64,000 nucleotides of DNA from an uncultured Acidobacteriota bacterium (lineage in GTDB: Bacteria > Acidobacteriota > Vicinamibacteria > Vicinamibacterales > 2-12-FULL-66-21), in contig CAVUDT010000003.1 of the NCBI GenBank assembly GCA_963740275.1, positions 205,898 to 269,897 on the forward strand. Reading direction: 5' to 3'. A program made the translations under genes and the position numbers. Below are positions 45,658 to 54,767 of the stretch, one piece after another. The notes under the pieces were generated by a model, which saw only the letters and a program-made list of their open reading frames with translations, ran no database searches and had not been told where the DNA came from. The first letter of the stretch is position 1. The number at the start of each line of letters is the position of its first letter.

Positions 45658-47776
45658 ATGAACCATCTCACCCGCGAGCGCAGCCCGTACCTGCTGCAGC
45701 ACGCCGACAACCCCGTCGACTGGCACGCCTGGAACGACGAAGCGTTCGCCCGGGCCCGCACGCGAGGACAAGCCGATCTTCCTGTCAATCGGTTATTCCA
45801 CCTGCCACTGGTGCCACGTGATGGCCCACGAGTCATTCGAGAGCGACGAGATCGCGGCCCTGCTCAATCGCGACTTCGTCTCCATCAAGGTGGACCGCGA
45901 AGAACGTCCCGACGTGGATCGCGTCTACATGTCGTTCGTCCAGTCGACCACCGGACAGGGGGGCTGGCCGATGACCGTCTTCCTCACTCCCGATCTGAAA
46001 CCGTTCTTCGGCGGCACCTATTTTCCGCCGACGTCGCGGTGGGGCAGGCCGGGGTTCGCTGACCTGCTCTCCGAGATCGCCCGGGTGTGGCAGGCCGACC
46101 GTCCGCGGGTCACCGAGGCAGCCGGCGAGCTGACCGAGCGGCTCAAGGCAGTGACGGTCGGCGCCCAGTCCGAGTCGGAGGTCGGCCCGCCCGAGGCACT
46201 CGACACCGCGGTAGCGCAGTTCGAGTCCGCCTTCGACCGGCGTCTTGGCGGGTTCGGGCAGGCGCCGAAGTTTCCACGTCCGTCAGAGCTGTTGTTCCTG
46301 CTGCGCGAGCACGCCCGCACCGGTTCGCAGCCGGCGCTGCAGATGGTCACCGCGACGCTCCGGGCGATGGCGGTTGGCGGGATGCGCGATCACGTCGGCG
46401 GCGGGTTTCACCGCTACTCGGTGGACGCGGAGTGGCGCGTGCCGCATTTCGAGAAGATGCTTTACGACCAGGCGCAGCTGACCCTGGCCTGCCTCGAAGC
46501 GGCGCAGGCTACCGGGGACGCCTTCTATGCCACCGTCGCGGAAGACACGCTCGAGTACATACTCCGCGAGATGACCAGCCCGGAGGGGGGCTTCTACTCG
46601 GCCGAGGATGCCGACAGCATCCCCCCGGCGGAGGCGGCGGAGTCGAGACCGCACAAGAAGGAAGGGGCGTTCTACGTCTGGAGCGACGAAGAGATCGCGT
46701 CGGTTCTGGGTGAGGACGCCGGCATCGCGCGCCGCCGATTCGGCATCGAGCCGGATGGCAACGCGCCCAGCGATCCGCAGGGTGAGTTCACCGGCATGAA
46801 CCTCCTCTACGTCGCCCAGCCGATCGCCGATGTCGCGGTACGCAGCGGCCGGCCGGAACCGGAAGTGATGGAGTCGCTGGCCAGGATCCGGCAGAAGCTG
46901 TTCGATGCCCGCGCCCGTCGTCCGCGCCCGCATCTGGACGACAAGGTGCTGACGGCATGGAACGGGTTGATGATCGCCGCCTGCGCACGCGCCGCGCGCG
47001 TCCTGCCCGCCAGCCCACGGGCTGACCGGTATCGCGCCGCCGCGGAACGTGCGGCCGCCTTCATCCGCGACACGCTCTGGCGCGCGCCAGATCTGACGCT
47101 GCTGCGGCGCTATCGTGACGGCGAAGCGGCGATCGAAGGCTATGCCGAGGACTACGCTTACTTGATCTGGGGGCTCATCGAACTGGTCCAGACCACTGGC
47201 CGGGCCGAGTGGCTGGAATGGGCGCTCACGCTGCAGCGTCGGCAGGACGAACTGTTCTGGGATGCGGCCGATGGCGCGTGGTTCAGCACCACGGGAAAGG
47301 ACGCCAGCGTGCTGCTCCGGCTGAAGGAGGACTACGACGGCGCCGAGCCGTCCGCGAGCTCCGTGTCTGCCCTCAACGTGTTGACGCTCGCGGACCTGAC
47401 CGGCGAAGAGGGCTTCCGGCAGAAAGCGGAACGGACCCTGGCCCGCTACGGCACACGGGTCGGCTCGGCTGGCCGGGTGATCCCGATGATGCTGTGTGCG
47501 CTGTCGCAATGGCATGCGAAGCCGATGCAGGTGGTGGTCGTCGGTGACCCCTCGTCGGCCGGGGTCAGAACGCTCGAGGCCGAGATCGCCGCGCGTTATC
47601 TGCCGTTCGCCGTCCACGTACCGGTGGGCCCCGGCGAACAGGAAGCCCTGACCAGGCTTCTGCCTTTTGTCGGCGGCATGAACGCAGGCAGCGGCGGGGC
47701 TGTCTACGTGTGTCGTGATTTCGTCTGTCAGCAGCCGGTCGACTCGATCGAGGCTCTGCGGCGGGAGCTGATGTGA
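45658..47776 (+). pseudogene. DUF255/YyaL-type thioredoxin-domain protein with (alpha/alpha)6 barrel; one extra base near 45760-45765
   Basis: [34 protein letters not shown] is in track 45658..46062. The conserved [27 protein letters not shown]... continues in the +1 frame (track 45818..47776). Confidence 0.85.
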
Positions 47777-47795
47777 GGGCCGGGAGCGGGCGGTC

Positions 47796-48570
47796 GTGAG
47801 CGGGCCGGTGACCCTGGCGTTCAGCCCCGATGGGTCACGGGCCGCGCTCACAATCTTTCATCCCAAGGGCAACATCGTCACCGCCGGCATGGTGGCGGCG
47901 CTGCGATCCGCGCTGGACAGCCTGGCCGACGAAGTTCACCTCAAGCTGATCACGCTGGAAGGGGCGGGCCCGGACTTCAGCTTCGGGGCCAGCATCCCCG
48001 AGCACACGGCCAACGAGATCGGAGGGGTGCTGCCGGAGATGCACGCCCTGATCGTCGACCTTCTCGAGGCTACCGCTCCGACCGCCGCGGTGGTTCGGGG
48101 CCGGTGCTTCGGCGGCGGCTTCGAGCTCGCGCTGGCCTGCGATTTCATCTTCGCCGATCGAGGCGCGACCTTTGCGCTCCCGGAGATCAAGCTCGGGGTG
48201 TTTCCGCCGGCGGCGTCGGCGCTGCTGCCGCCGCGGGTGGGCTACGCGCCGGCAACCCGGGCGATTCTCACCGGGGAGGTACTCGAAGCGACCGAATGGT
48301 GCACCAGAGGTCTTATCGAGATGGTGGCGGACGACGGCGAGCTTGCCGCCGCTGTGGACCGCTGGTTCGCGGGCCATCTCGCGCCGAAATCGGCGGCCGC
48401 GCTCCGTCACGCCGCCGCCGCCGCCCGGATGGGCCTCGTGGCCCACGTCCGGGAACGTACTGCCGCAACTCGAGCGGCTATACTTGAACGACCTGATGCG
48501 CACCCACGACGCGTCCGAAGGGATCGACGCGTTCATGTCCAGGCGCACGCCCTCGTGGACGGACCGCTGA
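47796..48570 (+). pseudogene. enoyl-CoA hydratase/isomerase family protein; one extra base near 48448-48458
   Basis: Track 47796..48920 carries GAGPDFSFGASI and GRCFGGGFELALACD up to MGLVAHVRE. The family C-terminus VLPQLERLYLNDLMRTHDASEGIDAFMSRRTPSW is in the +1 frame (track 48172..48570). Confidence 0.75.
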
Positions 48571-48572
48571 CC

Positions 48573-48920
48573 ATGACGTTCGAAGTCGAAATCGTGCTGC
48601 GCGAACGCAACTTCGCGGTGACCGAGCAGCTTCAGCACCCGACCGCTCCGGCGACGTGGACCGACCGCGACGTCGAGGCGGTGCTCAAGGCGATCCTGCT
48701 GGCGATCGACCGGGCGAAGAACCCGGCCGCGGCAGACCGATACGTGGCGCTGCGTGGTTTCAGCTGGATCGTCGAACCGGCAGACGGCGGCGTCGTCATT
48801 GCGATCGAGATCCCGATGGGGGCGGCGGTCGCGGGTCCCTTCGACATCGCCCCGGCCCGGCTCGATGCGATGATCACCCGCGTGCTCGCTGCGGCCCGCC
48901 CGAAAGCGGTCGTCCATTAG
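48573..48920 (+). CDS. hypothetical protein (115 aa)
   Basis: ATG 48573 lies 2 nt after the reconstructed hydratase stop and gives MTFEVEIVLRERNFAVTEQ... This is the last third of track ORF 47796..48920. No family recognised. Confidence 0.45.
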   Translation: MTFEVEIVLRERNFAVTEQLQHPTAPATWTDRDVEAVLKAILLAIDRAKNPAAADRYVALRGFSWIVEPADGGVVIAIEIPMGAAVAGPFDIAPARLDAMITRVLAAARPKAVVH

Positions 48921-49087
48921 CCCCCCTGGGCGGACAGTTTTTTCCCTGCCGTTTCAGGACTGCGTGCGTTTGCCGATGACATTTTTGGGTTTGCACGGTT
49001 TCGCGCGGAGATTCGCGAATTTCCCTGCGGCACCCTCCTTGCCTCAGCAGCTTCTGGCATGATGTCCGCGTCGGGCTCGATCAGGTC

Positions 49088-49759
49088 ATGAAGCTTCCAT
49101 ATCGCATCCTTGTCCTCGAAGACGACATCAACACCCTTTCCGGGATGGTGGAGCTGTTGCGCGAGGTCAATTACCAGGTGACCGGCGCTTCGACCTACGA
49201 CACGGCGAAGCAGCTGCTCGCGCGCGGCGCCTACGACCTGTTCATCACCGACGTCCGGCTGCGCGGGTTCAACGGCCTCAACCTGGTGCGACAGAGCAAC
49301 AGCGACCATCCCGACATGGCGATCCTCATCATGACCGGCTTCGACGAGCCGATGATGGAGATCGAAGCGGCGCGTTACGGAGCAGAGTTCGTCCGCAAGC
49401 CGGTGAGGCCGCGCGATCTGCTCGACATCGTCACCCGCTGCCTGTCGGCCGTCCGCCGCGAGCGCCGCTGGAACCGCAAGCGGGTGCTCGGTGGTTTCCG
49501 CGTCGTCGCCGACGGCAAGCCGGCCGCAGTCGTGGATGTGTCGTACGGCGGGCTGCGACTCGAGATGCCGCACGCCGGCCATGTGCCGGTCTCGTTCGAC
49601 GTCGAGGTCGCCGGCATCGGCCTGCATCTCTCGGTGGATACGGTGTGGTCGAAAGCGTCCGATGATGGCGGGACGCTGGTGTGCGGCGCGGCGCTGGCGG
49701 CCGAGTCCACGCCCGCGGCCCAGACCTGGCGCGCGATCGTCGACCGATTGACGGCCTGA
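49088..49759 (+). CDS. response regulator with a C-terminal PilZ-like domain (REC-PilZ)
   Basis: Track ORF of 223 aa. REC: ILVLEDDINT, DLFITDVRLRGFNG. C-terminal half: RRERRWNRKRV ... VVDVSYGGLRLEM, matching the RxxxR and D-x-S-x-x-G c-di-GMP-binding pattern of PilZ. Confidence 0.75.
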   Translation: MKLPYRILVLEDDINTLSGMVELLREVNYQVTGASTYDTAKQLLARGAYDLFITDVRLRGFNGLNLVRQSNSDHPDMAILIMTGFDEPMMEIEAARYGAEFVRKPVRPRDLLDIVTRCLSAVRRERRWNRKRVLGGFRVVADGKPAAVVDVSYGGLRLEMPHAGHVPVSFDVEVAGIGLHLSVDTVWSKASDDGGTLVCGAALAAESTPAAQTWRAIVDRLTA

Positions 49760-49809
49760 ACCGGCCGACCGCGCCCGGGAGGCGCGGACGCGCGGTGTAT
49801 GCTTTCGAC

Positions 49810-51393
49810 GTGAAACGCCGCCTTCTTCCGGTCGCTACCGCGATCCTCGCCGCCCTCTCGCTCGACCCCGTACCTTCCGCACAACAACCGCCTCCCTTCA
49901 CTCTCGACGAGCTCACCATCACGCAGTTGCAGGAGGGGATGGCCGCCGGGCGCTATACCGCCCGGCAACTCGTCGACAGCTACACGCGCCGGATCGAGGA
50001 GATCGACCGGAACGGCCCGGCGCTGCGCTCGGTGATCGAGATGAACCCGGAGGCCGGCTCGATCGCGGACGCACTGGACGCCGAGCGGAAGGCAGGGAAG
50101 GTCAGGGGGCCGCTCCACGGCATCCCGGTGCTGATCAAGGACAACATCGACACCGGCGACCGGATGATGACCACCGCCGGATCGCTGGCGCTGGAAGGGG
50201 CCAGCGCGCCGCGCGATTCCTCCGTCGCCGCCCGGCTGCGGGCTGCCGGTGCCGTGATCCTGGGCAAGACCAACCTCAGCGAGTGGGCCAACTTCCGCTC
50301 GACGAAATCTACCAGCGGATGGAGCGCGCGTGGCGGTCAGGTGCGTAATCCGTACGTCCTCGACCGGAATCCGTGCGGCTCGAGCTCGGGCACCGGTGCG
50401 GCGATTGCGGCGAACCTGGCGTCCGTCGGCGTCGGTACCGAAACCGACGGCTCGATCGTATGTCCGTCATCGGTCAGCGGGCTGGTCGGGATCAAGCCGA
50501 CCGTCGGCCTGATCAGCCGCGCCGGGATCATCCCGATCTCGAAGACGCAGGACACCGCTGGTCCGATGACCCGAACCGTCGCCGATGCCGCCGCGGTACT
50601 CACCGCGCTGGCCGGTCCGGATCCGGCCGATCCCGCGACCGCTCGGGCCCGCGTTGCCGACTACCTGAAGGCGCTCGACGCCGGAGCCTTGAAGGGCGCA
50701 CGGATCGGTATCCCTCGTAAACGGTATTTCGGCTACAGCCCGAAGACCGACGAGGCGGTGAACGAAGCGATCCGGGTCATGCGCCAGCAGGGCGCGGTGA
50801 TCGTGGACCCGGCCGACATCCCGACGGCGGCCGGTCTGGAGGACTGCGAGTTCGAGGTTTTGCTCTACGAATTCAAGGACGGCCTCAACGCCTACCTGCG
50901 GGCGCGCGGACCCGGCGGCAGGGTCAAGTCGCTCGAGGATCTGATCGCTTTCAACGCGAAGGAGGCCGCGCGTGAACTGCCGTTCTTCGGGCAGGAGATC
51001 CTCGAGATGGCGCAGCGCAAGGGTCCGCTGACATCCGCTGCCTACCGAAAGGCGATGACCACCTGCCGAACGAGGTCGCGCGCCCTGGGCATCGACGCGG
51101 TGATGACCCGGCATCGGCTCGACGCTCTGGTGGCGCCGAGCGGAGGGCCGGCCTGGCCAATCGACCTGGTGAACGGTGATCACTTTCTCGGCGCCAGCTC
51201 GACTCCTGCGGCGATCGCCGGATACCCGAACATCACCGTGCCGGCGGGTTACGTCCAGGAACTGCCGATCGGGATCTCGTTCATCGGCCGCGCCTGGAGC
51301 GAAGCGCGGCTGATCGGGCTCGCCTACGCCTACGAGCAGGCGACGAAACACCGCCGGGCGCCGCGGTTTCTACCGACGCTGGAGCCCCGATAG
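49810..51393 (+). CDS. amidase-signature family amidase (exported)
   Basis: Inside track ORF 49681..51393. GTG 49810 gives (M)KRRLLPVATAILAALSLDPVPSAQ. Contains GIPVLIKDNIDT, GKTNLSEWANF and NPCGSSSGTGAAIAANL..GTETDGSIVCPS. Confidence 0.85.
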   Translation: MKRRLLPVATAILAALSLDPVPSAQQPPPFTLDELTITQLQEGMAAGRYTARQLVDSYTRRIEEIDRNGPALRSVIEMNPEAGSIADALDAERKAGKVRGPLHGIPVLIKDNIDTGDRMMTTAGSLALEGASAPRDSSVAARLRAAGAVILGKTNLSEWANFRSTKSTSGWSARGGQVRNPYVLDRNPCGSSSGTGAAIAANLASVGVGTETDGSIVCPSSVSGLVGIKPTVGLISRAGIIPISKTQDTAGPMTRTVADAAAVLTALAGPDPADPATARARVADYLKALDAGALKGARIGIPRKRYFGYSPKTDEAVNEAIRVMRQQGAVIVDPADIPTAAGLEDCEFEVLLYEFKDGLNAYLRARGPGGRVKSLEDLIAFNAKEAARELPFFGQEILEMAQRKGPLTSAAYRKAMTTCRTRSRALGIDAVMTRHRLDALVAPSGGPAWPIDLVNGDHFLGASSTPAAIAGYPNITVPAGYVQELPIGISFIGRAWSEARLIGLAYAYEQATKHRRAPRFLPTLEPR

Positions 51394-51534
51394 GAGCGGG
51401 CGCGGCAGGGGATCGATTTGCCCCGGAACAATACGGGCCTTCCCGCTGGCTGGCGCGCGAACCGGGGATGCACGCTGGCCGGCGTTCCGTACCGGGTTGG
51501 CCATATGCGTCGGCGGCGGCGCGGTTAGGTTAGG

Positions 51535-52056
51535 ATGGCTGGAATGAATTCGATGCTGTTGGCCGTGCTTCTCCTGGCTCCGGTTCTCGTCCAGACCGGT
51601 GAGCTGACCTTTACTGCTCCGGCGGCGTGGAAGCCGCGGCCGGCGGCGAGCACGATGCGGGTCGCGGAGTTCGTGGTGCCGAAGACCGCACCCGACACCG
51701 AGGATGCGGAAGTGATCGTGTATTTCTTCGGCGGCACCGGCGGAAGCGTCGACGCCAACATCGAGCGCTGGGTCGGGCAGTTTCAGCAGCCGTCCGGCGG
51801 CGCGGCCACCGGCAGCCGCGGCGCGCTGACGGTCGGGAAATTGAAAGTGACGACCGTCGACGTGAGCGGAACCTACGTCGCGGAAGTCCGTCCGGGCGCG
51901 GCGGAGCGACACAACAAACCGAACTACCGAATGCGCGCCGCCGTCGTCGAAACCCCGCGAGGCCCGTACTTCGTCAAGTTCACCGGCCCCATCGCCACCG
52001 TGACCCAGGCCTCCGCCGCCTTCGACCAGTTCATCAGAGGGCTGGGGTTCAAGTAG
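51535..52056 (+). CDS. hypothetical exported protein
   Basis: Track ORF of 173 aa. Signal-like N-terminus MNSMLLAVLLLAPVLVQ (alternative start 51544). No family recognised. Its TAG is the first unit of the following heptamer array. Confidence 0.5.
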   Translation: MAGMNSMLLAVLLLAPVLVQTGELTFTAPAAWKPRPAASTMRVAEFVVPKTAPDTEDAEVIVYFFGGTGGSVDANIERWVGQFQQPSGGAATGSRGALTVGKLKVTTVDVSGTYVAEVRPGAAERHNKPNYRMRAAVVETPRGPYFVKFTGPIATVTQASAAFDQFIRGLGFK

Positions 52057-52150
52057 CTGCCAGCTGCCAGCTACCAGCTACCAGCTACCAGCTACCAGCT
52101 GCCAGCTGCCAGCTACCAGCTGCCAGCTACCAGCTATCAGCTGTCAGCTG
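52053..52150. repeat. 14 tandem heptamers YCAGCTR
   Basis: Read directly: GTAGCTG CCAGCTG CCAGCTA x4 CCAGCTG x2 CCAGCTA CCAGCTG CCAGCTA x2 TCAGCTG x2. The CAGCTG core is itself palindromic, so the array is self-complementary in many registers. Confidence 0.92.
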
Positions 52151-52189
52151 TGCTAGCCGGTAGCCCACCGGCCTCCGTCACCTCACAGC

Positions 52190-52312
52190 GCCCCTCCGCC
52201 TTGGCCGCACTCCTCCGCACCCCTCCGCACCCCTCCGCACCCTCCGCACCCCCCGCACCCTTTTGCGCACCCTTCCGCACCCCCGCACCCGCCGCACCCT
52301 TCCGCACCCCCA
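52190..52312. repeat. about 10 tandem CCGCACC(C)-type units with 7-10 nt period (G-rich GGGTGCGG in the sense of the adjacent minus-strand permease)
   Basis: Read directly: CTCCGCACCCCTCCGCACCCCTCCGCACCCTCCGCACCCCCCGCACCCTTTTGCGCACCCTTCCGCACCCCCGCACCCGCCGCACCCTTCCGCACCCCC. This is the same unit as the right arm of the 33026-33238 structure. It ends about 6 nt before the permease stop at 52318. Confidence 0.92.
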
Positions 52313-52317
52313 CGTCC

Positions 52318-54729
52318 CTACTGCTGCCTGAGCGCGACCATCGGATCCGCCTTGGTGGCCTTGAATGCCGGCAGCGCACAGGCGGCCAGCGCGACGGCGA
52401 GCTGGATCATCGCGGTCACCGAGAAACTGAGCGGATCCGCCGGGCTGACGCCGAACAGGGTGCGGGAGAGGAGCCGGGCGGCGACATACGCCGCGATCGA
52501 GCCGAGCGCGAGCCCGGGCAAAACGAGACTGATGCCTTCGCGGATCACCGAACCGAGCACGCGGCCGCGGGTGGCGCCGAGCGCGACCCGGATCCCGAAC
52601 TCACGGGTCCGCTGCAGCACGGTGAAGTAGAGCACGCCGAAGAGGCCGACCGTTGCGAGGATGGTTGCGAGCACGCCGCAGATGAGGAAGAACCCGGCCG
52701 CCGTTCGGGACGGCCACAGCTGCAGCTTCATCAACTCGGTCACGGTGTCCACCCGGACCGGCACATTCTCGTCGAGTGCACGCATCTGGTCCCTGATCGG
52801 TGCGAGCAGATTCCGGGGGGTGGCGTTGCTGCGGATGATCACGGTGATGCCACCCGCCCAGGATTCGGGCGACATCGGACGATAGACGTAGGGAACCGTC
52901 CCGTCGGCGGCATACCGATTCCTGATGTCGCGCGCCACCCCGATGACCGTCACCCGGCGTCCCTCGTCGCCCAGGAGAAAAGTGCGACCCACGGCGGCGG
53001 ATGTCCCCGGCCACATCTGTCGCGTCAGATGTTCGCTGACGATGACTACGTCGTCCCTGCCCATGTCTGCCGCGGTGAAGTGCTTGCCGTCGAGCAAGGG
53101 CACGCCCAGCGCCTCGAGGTGGCCGGGCGACACGGAGTAGACCACTGCCAGCCGGCAGTCGACGACCGTGCAATCGGACTCGCCGGCGCTGTACTCGAGG
53201 CGCTTCGGTGTCCCGAACGAAATCGGGATGCGATCCGCGGCCCCGACCGCGACGACGCCAGGCAATGCGCGCAGGCGGGCCTCGAGGTCCTCCACCAGCA
53301 GCCGCGCCGAGGCAGGCTGATATCCGTGCATCGACGGCTCCACCTGCAGGACCACGGTGTTCGCCGTGTCGAAGGCGTTGTCGAATGCCGAGTTCTTCAG
53401 GAAGCTGCGCACGAGCAGGAGTGCCGCGACCAGGAAGAGCGTCGAACCGGCGACCTGCGCGACGACCAGCGCGTTGCGGACCCGTGAGGGTGGTCCGCCG
53501 AGAATCGACTCGAGACGGAATGAGGCGAGCACGTTCTGTCTGGTCGCCTGCAGAGCGGGGAGCACCGCCGGGGCGACGCCGGCGATCAGCACCAGCAGCA
53601 CGGTGAAACCGACCAGGGTCCGGTCGATCCCCAGGTGAATGCGCTGCGGAATCGGCGCCGGCAGGCTGAAGGTGGCCAGCAGGTCGCCGCTCCAGGCCGC
53701 GAGTACGAGCGTGGCGCTTCCGGCCAGCACCGCCAGCACGATCCCTTCGGTGGTCAGCTGGCGCAGGATGCGGGCGCGGCCGGCGCCGAGCGCCATTCGC
53801 ACGCCGATCTCGCGTTGACGCTCGCTGGCGCGGGCCATCAGCAGCGCCGCGACGTTGAAGCAGGCCAGCACCAGGACGATGGCGACGATCGCGAGCGCCA
53901 GCCACGCGTACTTGGCGATTTCACGGACCTCCGGGTGCCCTTCGTCCATCGGATAGAAACGGGCGATGCGCTCCGCGCCGGCTTCCTTCGATGCCGGCGC
54001 CCATTGCCGGCTGATCGCGTCGAGCTCGGCCACCGCCTGGGCACGCTCGACGCCGTTCCGCAGGTGACCGAACATCAGAAGACTATCGTCGTCCTGCAAC
54101 GCGGAGGGGAGGTTGAGGACATCGCGGCGAGCCAGCGGCAGCCACATATCGGGTGAGAACAGCCCGCCCCGTCCCTGGTAGTCGTCCGGCAGGACCCCCA
54201 CCACCGAAAAGGTCCGGGTGTTGACCACGATCGTCTGGCCGCCGAGGCTGCGGGGAGCGCCGAGCGTCTCTTTCCAGAATCGGTGCGAAACGACCACCGG
54301 CAGGTCGGTGCCGGTCAGGTCGTCGGCGGTGAACACCCGCCCGATCTCGGGGCGGGCGCCGACCGTGTTCAGGTAGTTGGTGCTGACCAGGGCCGACCAG
54401 GCCTGGCGTGCGCCATTCGCGGTATGCAGGCTGACCGGCAGCCGGCCCTCGGCGGCGATGGCATCGAACGACGTGCTGGCGCTGGCCAGGTGTTCGAACT
54501 CTTTCTGTGTCGCCTGGCCATAGGCGGCCTTGCCTTCGATCCGGATCCAGCCCACGCGGTCAGCGTTGTCGACACGGAACGGCCGCAACACGAGCGCGTT
54601 GATCGCATTGAACGCCACCGTGGTCACGCCGATCCCGAGTGCCAGCGTCAGCACCGCGATCAACGAGAAGCCCGGCCGGTTGATCAACGCCCGGACGGCG
54701 TAGCGAAGGTCGAGGCGAAGGGCGTCCAT
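52318..54729 (-). CDS. ADOP-family duplicated FtsX/MacB-like permease (second copy, orphan)
   Basis: Track ORF of 803 aa. N-terminus MDALRLDLRYAVRALINRPGFSLIAVLTLALGIGVTTVAF. Two FtsX modules. C-terminus ATKADPMVALRQQ. Confidence 0.88.
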   Translation of the reverse strand: MDALRLDLRYAVRALINRPGFSLIAVLTLALGIGVTTVAFNAINALVLRPFRVDNADRVGWIRIEGKAAYGQATQKEFEHLASASTSFDAIAAEGRLPVSLHTANGARQAWSALVSTNYLNTVGARPEIGRVFTADDLTGTDLPVVVSHRFWKETLGAPRSLGGQTIVVNTRTFSVVGVLPDDYQGRGGLFSPDMWLPLARRDVLNLPSALQDDDSLLMFGHLRNGVERAQAVAELDAISRQWAPASKEAGAERIARFYPMDEGHPEVREIAKYAWLALAIVAIVLVLACFNVAALLMARASERQREIGVRMALGAGRARILRQLTTEGIVLAVLAGSATLVLAAWSGDLLATFSLPAPIPQRIHLGIDRTLVGFTVLLVLIAGVAPAVLPALQATRQNVLASFRLESILGGPPSRVRNALVVAQVAGSTLFLVAALLLVRSFLKNSAFDNAFDTANTVVLQVEPSMHGYQPASARLLVEDLEARLRALPGVVAVGAADRIPISFGTPKRLEYSAGESDCTVVDCRLAVVYSVSPGHLEALGVPLLDGKHFTAADMGRDDVVIVSEHLTRQMWPGTSAAVGRTFLLGDEGRRVTVIGVARDIRNRYAADGTVPYVYRPMSPESWAGGITVIIRSNATPRNLLAPIRDQMRALDENVPVRVDTVTELMKLQLWPSRTAAGFFLICGVLATILATVGLFGVLYFTVLQRTREFGIRVALGATRGRVLGSVIREGISLVLPGLALGSIAAYVAARLLSRTLFGVSPADPLSFSVTAMIQLAVALAACALPAFKATKADPMVALRQQ

Positions 54730-54767
54730 TCGGTACCTGTAGACGGCTCAGGGGCTGGGGGAGTTCC

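Noticed and set aside
49055-49069. Sigma-54 promoter-like TGGCAT-N5-CCGC (GG-N10-GC spacing) upstream of the REC-PilZ gene
   Set aside because: The -12 element lacks the conserved TTGC. The site ends only 18 nt before the ATG, leaving no room for a leader with an SD. A single weak match in GC-rich DNA is expected by chance.
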